Positions 16,831 to 26,498 of a stretch of DNA of 64,000 nucleotides are shown piece after piece (the stretch's first letter is position 1; the number at the start of each line of letters is the position of its first letter). Source of the DNA: Patescibacteria group bacterium. GTDB lineage: Bacteria; Patescibacteriota; Patescibacteriia; JAHIZJ01. Position numbers and translations under genes: made by a program. Under the pieces are notes generated by a model, which saw only the letters and a program-made list of their open reading frames with translations, had not been told where the DNA came from and made no database searches. The stretch covers positions 57,765 to 121,764 of the forward strand of contig JBAZLK010000003.1 in NCBI GenBank assembly GCA_041650335.1. The letters run 5' to 3'.

Positions 16831-17916
16831 ATGAACCAAAAAGGCTTTATTTCGCTTGTTGCCACGATTATCATCGTGCTCGCCGTTCTGGCCGCTGGGG
16901 CGTATTATTATGGCCGTGGTTCGGGAAAGGTGATAACAGAAAATCGCGACGTGACCACCTTTTCAAAAATCTCGCTCAAAGGCATTGGCAATTTAAAAAT
17001 CAGTCAGGGTGAAACGGAAAGCCTCCGCATCGAGGCCGAAGACAACCTCATGAAAAAGATCGAGACCGAAGTGCGCGGCGACACGCTTCACATCGGTTTT
17101 AAATTGGCCTGGCCGTTTTGGAGCGTCTGGCCGACGAAAGACGTCAATTTCTATGTGACCGTGAAAAATCTTTCTGACGTCAGTGTTAACGGGTCAGGAA
17201 AAATCGACTTTGCCACCCTGGCTCTCCAGGACGTAGATTTACGCGTTAGTGGCTCGGGTACCATCACCGGTACAACGCTAACTGGCCGCGATGTTAATAT
17301 TGACATTAGCGGTTCGGGGAAAGTTCGGCTCGGCCTGAATGTTGAAAAAATTGTTTCACACATCAGCGGTTCGGGCGACTTCTCGCTCAATGGCACCGCG
17401 ACTGATCAAGAGATTTCCATCAGCGGTTCGGGGAAGTACTTGGCCAAAGATCTGGTCAGTCAGAATGTGAAGGTCGATATCAGCGGCTCGGGGAAATCTG
17501 AGGTAAACGCCCAAAAAAGTCTGACGGTAAAAATCAGCGGCAGCGGCAGCGTCTCATATTTCGGCCAGCCGGTAATCGATCAGTCCATTTCCGGCTCGGG
17601 CAAGATTGAACGGCTTACCGGCAACCCGACAACGAATACAAACATAAACTCCAACACAAACACAGCCGCCAATGTAAATTATCTACCGCCTCCAAGCAGT
17701 GCCTATGCCAATAACCCGAAATATTGTGAAAAAACGTCAGACTGCATCGCTGTTGATCATCCCCTAAATCATTGCTACAAGGCCTACTACAATATCTACG
17801 CCCAGACCGAGATTGAAGCTTATAGAAACCAGACCGGCGCCATGATACTGGATTGCCCATTTTTCGGACCAGCCATATGCGAAAATAACGTCTGTACTGG
17901 ACAACCACAGACATAA
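16831..17916 (+). CDS. DUF2807 (head GIN, adhesin-like) protein with a C-terminal Cys-rich domain
   Basis: GSGKVITENRDV, repeated ISGSG beta-helix motifs, N/T linker, Cys-rich tail; KGF pilin-like N-terminus. Confidence 0.88.
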   Translation: MNQKGFISLVATIIIVLAVLAAGAYYYGRGSGKVITENRDVTTFSKISLKGIGNLKISQGETESLRIEAEDNLMKKIETEVRGDTLHIGFKLAWPFWSVWPTKDVNFYVTVKNLSDVSVNGSGKIDFATLALQDVDLRVSGSGTITGTTLTGRDVNIDISGSGKVRLGLNVEKIVSHISGSGDFSLNGTATDQEISISGSGKYLAKDLVSQNVKVDISGSGKSEVNAQKSLTVKISGSGSVSYFGQPVIDQSISGSGKIERLTGNPTTNTNINSNTNTAANVNYLPPPSSAYANNPKYCEKTSDCIAVDHPLNHCYKAYYNIYAQTEIEAYRNQTGAMILDCPFFGPAICENNVCTGQPQT

Positions 17917-17941
17917 GATACATTAGACATAAGATACACTT

Positions 17942-17980
17942 AAAAAAACCGGCGACCAAATGGGAGCCGGTTTTTTATTT
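17942..17980. terminator. bidirectional intrinsic terminator
   Basis: AAAAAACCGGC...GCCGGTTTTTT between convergent genes. Confidence 0.75.
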
Positions 17981-17993
17981 CACTAAGCCGAAA

Positions 17994-18251
17994 TCAGTTC
18001 CGTTTTTCGACGACAATCGAACATTTCGTCAGCAACGCAGCCATGGCGCCGAGGGCGGCGAAGACAGGCAGCAGTACTGCGCCGACCGCCGCGAACGTCA
18101 CCGGTATTTCCAATATCGACTCACCTTTTTCGTTTTTGATAATGATCCGGCGAATGTTGCCCTGATGGATCAATTCCTTTACTTTTTGGACGAGCTCGTC
18201 GCCGTTGATTTTGAATTCCTCTTGATTCGGGCTTGTTTTTTCGGTTGCCAT
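17994..18251 (-). CDS. DUF4342 domain protein
   Basis: EEFKINGDELVQKVKELIHQGNIRRIIIKNEKG...LEIPVT...CSIVVEK. Confidence 0.88.
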   Translation of the reverse strand: MATEKTSPNQEEFKINGDELVQKVKELIHQGNIRRIIIKNEKGESILEIPVTFAAVGAVLLPVFAALGAMAALLTKCSIVVEKRN

Positions 18252-18482
18252 AATGTTGTTGGATTTTTTAATAATTATTCAGAGAAAATTAAGGTTCGCA
18301 CTATAGTATATTATTTACCTAACCTGAGCGTACGAATTTCGTTCCACATGTGGACAACTTTTATGAATAGGTGCTCGCTTTTCAGCTAGGCTATATCACT
18401 GTACACTGTTGCCCAAATACTCATCACTGCCAGACGCGGCACGCACGACACGCCCTTCGCCCTAATATGTTATCACGCCATT

Positions 18483-19640
18483 ATGAGACGGACAAAAGCA
18501 AAGGTTATCTATATACAGAAAATTACGCCAACCGTCATCGAGTTGGCCATCGCCCGATCGGACGGACGTCCGTTTTTCGAATTTCGGGCGGGTCAATACG
18601 CAACCGTGAGCTTCCCCGATCAGCCGAGCCTCCGGGGCGAGCGTTCCTTTTCCATCGCCAGCGCTCCGAGCGAGCGTTCTCGGCTGCGTTTCGGTGTTCG
18701 GGTCGTCGGACGATATACCACCAAATTAAGCCAGCTCCAGCCCGGCGAACGGGTCATGGTTGGTGGACCGTTTGGGAAATTTACGTATGAACCCGAACGC
18801 GACGACGCCTCGGTATTCCTTGCCGGCGGCATCGGCATCACCCCTTTTCTGAGCATGATCCAGCTGGCGACGGAGCGCGGTTTGAGCCAGCGCCTGACGC
18901 TTTTTTACAGCGTCCGATCATTGAACGACGCCTCGTATCAAAACGATCTGGAGCGGTGGCAGCAAACGAATCCGAATTTTAAATATTTTCTCGCGGTCAC
19001 GAACGGCCAGCTTCGGCCACCCGCTGACAACCTGATCTCGGGCCGGCTGAACCGCGAGCTGCTCACAAAGAAATTAGCTGACGATCTCTGGAACCGGACG
19101 TACTTTTTGTGCGGCCCGCCCGCCTTTATGTCGGCCATGACAGCCATGCTGCGCTCAATGGGTTTTTCGACGAAGGTCATCCATTCCGAGCGTTTCGGCG
19201 TTGGCTCGCAAGAATTTATTGAACGCGGCACGCCGATTCCGAAATATGTTTTCGCCGCCTGGGGCGTATCAACCGCCATTCTGCTTGGTGCAATCGTCCG
19301 GATCGAGCAAGCCAAACATCTTATTATCCCTCCCACCCAGGACACATCCGCTGAGGCCGCACCGATCGCCAACGAACAAGGGGATAATAGCAATCAGACA
19401 AACTCTGCCCATCTTCCAACCGTTGAACAGAGTGCAGCCCAGCCAACGCCGGCACCAACAACCAAGCCGACTGCTCCAACTCCGACACCAGCACCGAGCC
19501 CAGCGCCGAAACCGACCCCGGCTCCATCAACAAATACCGCTGTCCCGTCGCAACCAACGACAAATATTAACTCACCAGCGCCGGCACCGACCCCGGCCCC
19601 GAAACCAGCTCCCGTCGTTCCTCGGACAACGGTTTCATAA
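18483..19640 (+). CDS. FNR-family FAD/NAD(P)-binding oxidoreductase with a C-terminal TM helix and Pro/Thr-rich tail
   Basis: FRAGQY, RSFSIAS, GPFGKF, AGGIGITPFLSM, FLCGPPAFM, HSERF; then a TM helix and PTPAP repeats ending PRTTVS. Confidence 0.92.
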   Translation: MRRTKAKVIYIQKITPTVIELAIARSDGRPFFEFRAGQYATVSFPDQPSLRGERSFSIASAPSERSRLRFGVRVVGRYTTKLSQLQPGERVMVGGPFGKFTYEPERDDASVFLAGGIGITPFLSMIQLATERGLSQRLTLFYSVRSLNDASYQNDLERWQQTNPNFKYFLAVTNGQLRPPADNLISGRLNRELLTKKLADDLWNRTYFLCGPPAFMSAMTAMLRSMGFSTKVIHSERFGVGSQEFIERGTPIPKYVFAAWGVSTAILLGAIVRIEQAKHLIIPPTQDTSAEAAPIANEQGDNSNQTNSAHLPTVEQSAAQPTPAPTTKPTAPTPTPAPSPAPKPTPAPSTNTAVPSQPTTNINSPAPAPTPAPKPAPVVPRTTVS

Positions 19641-19652
19641 TCTCCAAGCTTT

Positions 19653-20597
19653 ATGGTATCGCCACCGACCGCCACCAGACAATTTCCCGCCCTCGGCACG
19701 ATTGTTGCCGGTGGTTTTCGCCTCGATCCGGTGACCGCCGACCGACTTTTTGACGATCTTCAACGACAGATCGCCGTGTTTGAAAATCGCTTCAGCCGTT
19801 TTCTTCCCGATTCAGAACTATCTCGACTTAATCAACGAGCCGGTAAACGCGTTCCGGTCAGCCGCGATCTAATCAAGCTTATATTGACTGCCCAAGGGAT
19901 CTGGCGGTATACCGACGGTCTGATTGATTCGACAATCGGTCAGGCGCTCGTCGCGGCCGGGTATGATGCACCCTTTGAGCTTTTGCCGTACCGGGTTGAA
20001 ACCTCCGACCGACCAATGGCGAAATCAGAACATTCCTTCGCCGAAGTCAAGATCAACCGGAAACAAAAAACGGTATTCTTTCCGGCTGATCTACAATTTG
20101 ATTTTGGCGGTCTTGGCAAAGGCTATCTGCTCGACCAACTCCGGTCACGGGTAAAAGCGAAGACGTCTAATTATTGGCTGTCCCTCGGCGGCGACATGAT
20201 CGTGTCGGGCACCGACACGGACGGCCGCGCCTGGTCAATCGGCATCCAGGACCCAAACAAGCCGGAGCGGGATTTTGCCTACTTACGCCTCCCCGCTGGA
20301 GAATGGAACGTGGCTACCTCCGGCACCACGAAGCGGCGCGGCGGACAATCGAAAAAATCTTGGCATCATATCATCGACCCGCGAACCGGCCAACCAGCCC
20401 GAACCGACGTTATCCAAACGACTGTTTTGGCGCCGACCGCGGTGGAGGCTGATGCCCTGGCAAAAGTCGTTCTACTGCTCGGTCCGACCGCTGGCCTGAA
20501 GTGGGCTGCACGCCACAACCTTGAAGCGCTGATTGTGACAAAAGACAGCCGCACGCATACTACGCCCATGCTAAAAAATTACTTGGCTCAGGTATGA
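19653..20597 (+). CDS. apbE: FAD:protein FMN transferase
   Basis: FSRFLPDSELSRLN, DFGGLGKGY, SLGGD, VATSG, HHIIDPRTG, ADALAK. Confidence 0.95.
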   Translation: MVSPPTATRQFPALGTIVAGGFRLDPVTADRLFDDLQRQIAVFENRFSRFLPDSELSRLNQRAGKRVPVSRDLIKLILTAQGIWRYTDGLIDSTIGQALVAAGYDAPFELLPYRVETSDRPMAKSEHSFAEVKINRKQKTVFFPADLQFDFGGLGKGYLLDQLRSRVKAKTSNYWLSLGGDMIVSGTDTDGRAWSIGIQDPNKPERDFAYLRLPAGEWNVATSGTTKRRGGQSKKSWHHIIDPRTGQPARTDVIQTTVLAPTAVEADALAKVVLLLGPTAGLKWAARHNLEALIVTKDSRTHTTPMLKNYLAQV

Positions 20598-21565
20598 AAT
20601 TGAGATATCTATTTGCGTTTGCCACTATCAGTTTGTTCATGCTCATTCGTCCCCTGGCAGTGCGCGCTGCGACGGCCACAACGACGACGACCCTGGCGGA
20701 TTCGAGCACGGAACGCCAGGCCGAGATTGAATCAGACGACGAAAAAGAGGTGGACGAAGCGCCGGAGGTTGCGCCCACGCCAAGCACGATCCAGCCCGTT
20801 GAACCAGACGCGCCGGTGGCAACAGCGCCAGTTATTATACCGACGCCCACGGTTGAAACAGCGCCGGCCACACCGACTCAACCGAAAACGGTAGCCACTC
20901 CAAGTGCCGACCAAGTGCCGACGGCTGAAACGGCGCCGAATAACACAGCCGCGCCGCTGACCGAACCGCCCACAGACGCCGCACCCGCCATCACACCCCA
21001 AGCGGCAAACTCCCCGCTTTCTTGGACCTGGATCGCGACGCGGGCGGCCGGTATCGCTTCCTTTCTTCTTCTGGCCGTGATCACAATAACCGGGATAAGC
21101 CTAACGACCGGTCTACTCTTTCGCCTCATGTCGCCAGCTTCAGCCTGGTCAATGCATCGCGCGATCGGCTCCGCGCTGCTTGTCTCCATAATCATTCATA
21201 TTGGCGCGCTGCCGTTTGACCGCTTCATCAGACTACGCGTGGTCGATCTCTTGGTACCATTTGCCTCCAGCTATCGCCCGACTCTTGTTGCCCTTGGTAT
21301 TTTCGGATTTTATCTGCTCCTTCTTGTTCTCGGCACATCGCTCTACACGCTCACGTCGCATGCCCGGTTCTGGCGCACTGTCCACTTCTTCGGTTTCCCA
21401 ATGTTTGTCATGATTTTCCTCCATAGCGTTTTGATCGGTTCCGACAGTAAACAGCCGTGGATGATCGCGATGTATTGGAGTACGGCTGTTTTGGTCAGTC
21501 TCTTCGTTGTCTATCGGCTCGCCTGGAAATATCGAAAACCGGCCCTGGCAAATTATGCCGACTAA
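20594..21565 (+). CDS. ferric reductase-like (MsrQ-like) heme-b membrane protein with a signal peptide and Pro/Thr-rich N-terminal region
   Basis: WIATRAAG, four His in TM helices (SMHR, IIHI, WRTVH, FLHS..IGSDS). Confidence 0.85.
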   Translation: MKLRYLFAFATISLFMLIRPLAVRAATATTTTTLADSSTERQAEIESDDEKEVDEAPEVAPTPSTIQPVEPDAPVATAPVIIPTPTVETAPATPTQPKTVATPSADQVPTAETAPNNTAAPLTEPPTDAAPAITPQAANSPLSWTWIATRAAGIASFLLLAVITITGISLTTGLLFRLMSPASAWSMHRAIGSALLVSIIIHIGALPFDRFIRLRVVDLLVPFASSYRPTLVALGIFGFYLLLLVLGTSLYTLTSHARFWRTVHFFGFPMFVMIFLHSVLIGSDSKQPWMIAMYWSTAVLVSLFVVYRLAWKYRKPALANYAD

Positions 21566-21576
21566 TTTGTCTTTTT

Positions 21577-22257
21577 TTAATTATGGCAAACATAGAGGCA
21601 CGGATCGAGCCAGCCAGAAAGTTCGGACTGGGCGCCCACGTAACCTTTGATATTGATGTCTGTTCCTTTATGAAAGCCGAGGTGTAAATGCTTCCGTTCG
21701 CCGCCCGTTTCCGAACTGTAATTATTTCCGAGAACGCCAAGCTCGTCTCCGCGAGTGATAGTGTCACCAACCCTCTGTTTGATGCTTGATAACCGCAGAT
21801 GCCCGTAGATCACGGTGATCGCTTCCCCATTGAGCTGACACGACTGCACCGCCACCCCGCCATACCCGCTGGCCGTCTCACGCACGCTGAGCGGGCCGGT
21901 ACAAACTGCTCGAACCGCTACTTCGGCGTTCAGCTCGTCCGAAAAAATCTCGAAATCAGCGCCCGTGTGATACCCACGGAAATGCTCCGGCTGAACAGGC
22001 GAGGTTTGGGGTGTGATAAATATACCGAACGGTTTTTTCGTCACCCGTTCACCTGAACGCGTGAGCGGCGGAAGGAATGTGTCAGCGGCTGAATTTGTCT
22101 GAGCGGGGAGCGATGAATTATTGACAATCGTATTTGTATTGGACGGGGCCGGTGGCGTGTTCGATTGATTCTGGGTTGGCGAAGATAACAATCGAAGCGA
22201 CAGAAAGACCGCACCAACGAAGAAAATTATTACGATGAGGATATATCCCTTTTTCAT
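21577..22257 (-). CDS. M23 family metallopeptidase, membrane-anchored
   Basis: HTGAD (HxxxD), YGHL, HLH motifs; N-terminal TM and N/T linker. Confidence 0.9.
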   Translation of the reverse strand: MKKGYILIVIIFFVGAVFLSLRLLSSPTQNQSNTPPAPSNTNTIVNNSSLPAQTNSAADTFLPPLTRSGERVTKKPFGIFITPQTSPVQPEHFRGYHTGADFEIFSDELNAEVAVRAVCTGPLSVRETASGYGGVAVQSCQLNGEAITVIYGHLRLSSIKQRVGDTITRGDELGVLGNNYSSETGGERKHLHLGFHKGTDINIKGYVGAQSELSGWLDPCLYVCHN

Positions 22258-22489
22258 AGTGTCGTTACACGAACAAATTCAGGAAAAGATAAGGTTGTTA
22301 TGGTATAAAGAATACGCGAGCAGGCCACAGCGTCATACCTAATACGCTCCGTGTGGAAAAATAATGATGAAATGATTTTCTCGGCGTCGGCATCATGAGG
22401 CTTGTCTCAACTTAGGGAAAAAAGTGCGTCTATGAAGCAACCATAATTTCTGCTATAATGCACTACCCTAAATACTAACACACTCTCAT

Positions 22490-23065
22490 ATGACAAACTA
22501 TCTTCGACCGCCTAGCCAACAAGCAGATGCAAAGCCAGAAGGCTTTCGCTCCATCTATACGCTCTATGCGCCAAAAGTATTTAATTATCTCTGGTATCGC
22601 GTCGGCAATAATTATGCCGTGGCCGAAGACCTCATGCAGGAAACGTTCCTGCGCGCCTTCGAACGCCTGCCCTTCTACACCCAGCGCGGCTATTCCTACC
22701 TGACGTATCTCATTACCATCGCGCACAATCAGCTCATGAATTACTTCCGACGGCCGATCACCTTGTCGCTCGAAGAAGCCTATTACCTGACGGTTGACAC
22801 CAGTTCCGAAGTCGAACGTCGGCTCATGGCGAGCCATGTTTGGGGTCACATCCGTCGCTTGCCGCCGAGCGAGTACCGTCTCTTTGATCTCCGCTACCGG
22901 CAAGATTTATCCATCAAAGCAATCTCAAAAAAAGTTCATAAGTCGGAAAACGCCGTCAAATTGACGCTCAGCCGCTCCCGAGAAAAAATCCGCCGCGAGC
23001 TCGCCCAAGAAGACCGACTACAAAAAGTCTCGTTCCATCGCGCTACCCAGCCCGCTGCCGCCTGA
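22490..23065 (+). CDS. ECF-type RNA polymerase sigma factor
   Basis: AEDLMQETFLRAF (region 2), YLITIAHN, region 4 HTH LSIKAISKKVHKSENAVKLTLSRSREKIR. Confidence 0.92.
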   Translation: MTNYLRPPSQQADAKPEGFRSIYTLYAPKVFNYLWYRVGNNYAVAEDLMQETFLRAFERLPFYTQRGYSYLTYLITIAHNQLMNYFRRPITLSLEEAYYLTVDTSSEVERRLMASHVWGHIRRLPPSEYRLFDLRYRQDLSIKAISKKVHKSENAVKLTLSRSREKIRRELAQEDRLQKVSFHRATQPAAA

Positions 23066-23188
23066 CACCTTTTTCTGGCTCAGGTGTTTAATATAATGTA
23101 AGGGAAAACAATATTGTTGTTGTTTTTCCCTAATAACCCACCTTTTTTACGGCAAAACCGGCTCCCTACAGCCGGTTTTGTTATTGGC

Positions 23189-23395
23189 TTGACTATCGAT
23201 ATAAACCCGTTATACTGACCAGCTTGTCGGTCAAACGATAAGCACTGGCACCTTTCACGCCCTGGACGGAATGCCCTGCACCGGAGTCCGAAATTCGGGC
23301 GACTGGCGCAGGGATGGCCGGCCTTGGCACTTCCGCCTGCAGGATAGCCCGGCTTTCTAGAGTCGGACAGACCTGCGGTACCGGAGGATGATATC
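23189..23395 (+). promoter_or_regulatory. promoter plus ~170-nt structured leader sequestering the SD
   Basis: TTGACT-N16-TATACT; three GC-rich hairpins, the last closed by CTTCCG/CGGAGG. Confidence 0.5.
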
Positions 23396-24247
23396 ATGCT
23401 AGACTGTCAGGAGTGCGACCGGGCCGAAAGGCAAAAGGAGGAACGGCGAGACTATCAGCCAATTCTGTATCTGGTTGCCGGATTACTTCTTTTCTCCGCC
23501 GGGGTCATCGGCCTTACGTATGGATTCGTGTACGGCTGGAAATCACTGGATGACCAAGTACACGCCTTGGTGGGTTCTATCGGCACCGTCGGTCTCATCC
23601 TAGCGCTCTGGAGATTCTTGGTCCCATATGTCAGGCGAACTGTCAAGGGTTGTTACCTCTACGACTACGTCAATCACCGGAGCGAAGGACATACCCACCT
23701 GACGCAGCCCCAGTACGGCTTTTCGGATGACTATGAGTCCAATGCCAAGGGGCCGATTTTCCGGATCGCTCTCGGCGGTTGGTTCAAGAGCAGCGCCGTG
23801 CTGCATCAGCCATCCGGCCACTGGTGGCACCATCTGAAGCGGGCTGATGGCATTCAGTTCCAATCAGGAAACAGTTACTCGCTGAGCGACCCGGAAGGAG
23901 GCCGCCTGCCACCGATGACTCTGGCCGAGCTGCGCTGGGTGGTGGAATGTTTCACCGGACTGCGCACGCTGATTGAATTCGCCCGAGTGGTTGAAAGACA
24001 GCGGGATCATCTGGGCGGAACGGCTTGCGCAGTTGTCCGCTATGCGAAGGACTCTAAAGACCGGGAGAAGTCGCCGACTGCCCGGAGCATGCGACTGATG
24101 CTCGAACAGGGAGTTCGGACCGTTCCTGCTCATCGTTACGGCGGCTCGGTCGACTCCTCAGGCCTGCTGGCTAGCTGGGAGGCTCTCGCGACCCAGATGC
24201 TCCCTCCAGACCCGGCCAACACCAGCGAGCGAGCCACCGGCAGCTGA
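23396..24247 (+). CDS. hypothetical protein with two N-terminal TM helices
   Basis: GGAGG SD, 283-aa ORF, terminator at 24269-24301. Confidence 0.7.
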   Translation: MLDCQECDRAERQKEERRDYQPILYLVAGLLLFSAGVIGLTYGFVYGWKSLDDQVHALVGSIGTVGLILALWRFLVPYVRRTVKGCYLYDYVNHRSEGHTHLTQPQYGFSDDYESNAKGPIFRIALGGWFKSSAVLHQPSGHWWHHLKRADGIQFQSGNSYSLSDPEGGRLPPMTLAELRWVVECFTGLRTLIEFARVVERQRDHLGGTACAVVRYAKDSKDREKSPTARSMRLMLEQGVRTVPAHRYGGSVDSSGLLASWEALATQMLPPDPANTSERATGS

Positions 24248-24365
24248 TTGGTTGATCTATTTCTCTCCGCGCCAAGGACGATTATGTCCGCGGCGCTTTT
24301 TCATAGCCGGAAGATTGACAGTAAAGAAAAATGATGCTAGTATACTGAGTTGTTAAACAAATTAT

Positions 24366-25205
24366 ATGACAGTGTCGTCGCGAAAAAAATCTATCTGGCT
24401 GTCCATTGCCCTGATTGCGGTGACTGGTTTGTTTTTTGCCTATCAGTACCGAGTCACCCTGAAAGAATGGGTGAGCGGAAACGCCGTTAGTGATTTACCC
24501 CCAGCCCAGCCGAGTACGAATTTCAATCGCAACACCGCCAATGAGAACAGCAGCGACAACACGAACCAGCCTGCCAACGAAAACATGAATAGCGCTGTAA
24601 ACATTCAGCCACGACCGCTGCCCGCCGAAATTAACTTAAAAGTGCCCTTTACCCCCCAGGCTCCGGATGCGAATTGGGACATGCCCTACCAGGAAGCCTG
24701 CGAGGAAGCGGCCGCGATCATGATCAATGCCTATTGGGATAAGAAAACGTCGTTTACGAAACAAGAGGCGGACGCAGCTATTCTCGATCTGGTTGCGTTT
24801 GAAGAACAGCACTATGGCTTTTATAAGGATACTGACGGCGCGGAGACTGTCCGATTTATCAAAGACAAGTGGGGATATGAAACGGTTGATTTGTATACCG
24901 GGGACGAGGTAACCATCGAGCGGATGAAGCGCGAAGTGGCGAATGGCTATCCCGTGCTCGTCCTGACGGCCGGCCGGATGCTCGGCAATCCGAATTACAA
25001 AGCGCCCGGACCGATCTACCATGCGCTCGTGGTCAAGGGATACAAAAAAGACGGCACGATCATTACTAATGATCCGGGTACGCGGAAAGGAGCTGATTAC
25101 GTCTATGATCCGCAAACCCTGCTCAATGCAATCCACGAATGGAACAATGGCGACGTGAACAACGGTCAGAGGGTCATGATTGTGATCCGTCCGAAAAGCG
25201 AGTAA
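24366..25205 (+). CDS. C39-like cysteine peptidase domain protein, membrane-anchored
   Basis: LKVPFTPQAP, QEACEEAA (Cys), YHALVVKGY (His), ITNDPGT (Asp). Confidence 0.88.
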   Translation: MTVSSRKKSIWLSIALIAVTGLFFAYQYRVTLKEWVSGNAVSDLPPAQPSTNFNRNTANENSSDNTNQPANENMNSAVNIQPRPLPAEINLKVPFTPQAPDANWDMPYQEACEEAAAIMINAYWDKKTSFTKQEADAAILDLVAFEEQHYGFYKDTDGAETVRFIKDKWGYETVDLYTGDEVTIERMKREVANGYPVLVLTAGRMLGNPNYKAPGPIYHALVVKGYKKDGTIITNDPGTRKGADYVYDPQTLLNAIHEWNNGDVNNGQRVMIVIRPKSE

Positions 25206-25309
25206 TCACTCATTTTCCATTACTATTGACAAGCGATAATCATACCGAGTATGATATTTTTGTTTTTGGATCGCCAAACCGTCAACAAGTCCTCGAAGGA
25301 GGGTGAGGA

Positions 25310-25579
25310 ATGACAGCGGCTACCCAGTCCCGGAGAAAGATCGGCGAGGTGGTTGCACATCAGATGATGCGGAACGGGCTAAGGGTCTTCGTCGTCACAG
25401 GCGCAGAAGGATCTCTGCATGTTGGGGGTGAGATCGCGCTTGGAAAGGCTCCGCTCATCACCGTCAATGGCCTGGAACGCGATGGTCAGCCGATCGAGTC
25501 GGTCGGCGGCGGAGCGAAGGTGAGCTTTCACCTGTCCGATAATCGCATCATCCCAAACGGCACGCCGGTCTTCGCCTAG
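25310..25579 (+). CDS. small beta-barrel protein resembling EF-Tu domain 2 / U32 C-terminal domain
   Basis: KIGEV..., LHVGGEI, V.GLERDGQPIESVGGGAKVSF, GTPVF pattern; AAGGAGG SD; own promoter and terminator. Confidence 0.55.
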   Translation: MTAATQSRRKIGEVVAHQMMRNGLRVFVVTGAEGSLHVGGEIALGKAPLITVNGLERDGQPIESVGGGAKVSFHLSDNRIIPNGTPVFA

Positions 25580-25658
25580 ACCGACGGTTACTCCAACGGC
25601 CTTGGCCGTCGAGACCTGCTTCGGTGGGTCTCTTTTTCAATAAAAAAGGGGGCGGGTA

Positions 25659-26372
25659 TTAACCACCCCCGGCGCCTTCCTCGTCGGAAAGCGGTCGAAC
25701 GATCCCGGTAGCCGGAGCAGTGTGAAGATGCCGTATCTGCGGGCTGGTGAAGAAACCGGCAAACGGTTCATTCCGGTCATTGTAGTAGCGCCGGCTTTGT
25801 TCTCCGAGCTCGGCAATCCAAGGCTGGATCCGCGGCTGCCAATCAGCCAATTCGTGACGGAATACCGCCGCCATCGGCAAAAGAATATCCAGTGTTTCGT
25901 GCGCCTTCCGTTCCCGGCTTTCCGGCGGCATGACGTCGCAGGTGCGGAAGTAGTGCAGTCGGTCGCCCAATTTCAGCGGGATTACGCGCGGATTACGCTG
26001 GGCGCAGCGATAGAGCTTCCCATAGTACAGCACGGCTTGCGCAATCCAGCCAAGCTGGCTGAACTCCTTGTCGCAGGTAACGGCCTCAACCAGATCCGCT
26101 ACTTCGGGACCGAACAAGTCGCAGATCACGGCGATGCAGACAGCCGTGTCCTCATCGAGGTCGTGGAGTATGGCCGCGCACACCTCAACCCAGGTGCAAC
26201 CGATCGCCAGCATATAACCGGCGACGGCATAGGCGTGGCTGACCGCCGGCGCTCCCGAGCGGCGGAACTTGCCAGCCATGGCCTGTTCGGCAATGTCGCT
26301 TGCCTGATAGACTCGCTCTGGCTGGACGATGCCGGAACGCGCCAGTTGAAGCCGAAATTCGTCCTTTGTCAT
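25659..26372 (-). CDS. stand-alone RelA/SpoT-type HD domain (Mesh1/small alarmone hydrolase-like)
   Basis: RRSGAPAVSH, AAILHDLDEDT, FGPEVADLVEAVT, LKLGDRLH; ends where the synthetase domain would begin. Confidence 0.85.
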   Translation of the reverse strand: MTKDEFRLQLARSGIVQPERVYQASDIAEQAMAGKFRRSGAPAVSHAYAVAGYMLAIGCTWVEVCAAILHDLDEDTAVCIAVICDLFGPEVADLVEAVTCDKEFSQLGWIAQAVLYYGKLYRCAQRNPRVIPLKLGDRLHYFRTCDVMPPESRERKAHETLDILLPMAAVFRHELADWQPRIQPWIAELGEQSRRYYNDRNEPFAGFFTSPQIRHLHTAPATGIVRPLSDEEGAGGG

Positions 26373-26498
26373 AACCCACCCCCTGAATACCGAATCCGTG
26401 GTTGTGCGCCCCTTCCGTCTAACACCGAAGCGCTTCTTCCGTTGAAAGAGCAGGAACAGTCCTATTGTTCACGTGTACGAGAAAACATGGTGATAAAC

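Noticed and set aside
17910-17938. GACATAAGATACA tandem duplication as a CRISPR remnant
   Set aside because: Only two 13-nt copies 3 nt apart, with no spacers or cas genes.
18341-18358. DnaA-box-like motifs (also ~22352, ~35153, ~40012) as oriC
   Set aside because: Isolated, mismatched boxes with no cluster, no unwinding element and no dnaA/dnaN nearby.
19380-19640. PTPAP and NTN coding repeats as DNA repeat arrays or DGR variable regions
   Set aside because: They are low-complexity protein linkers with varied codons; no reverse transcriptase or adenine-specific TR/VR pair was seen.
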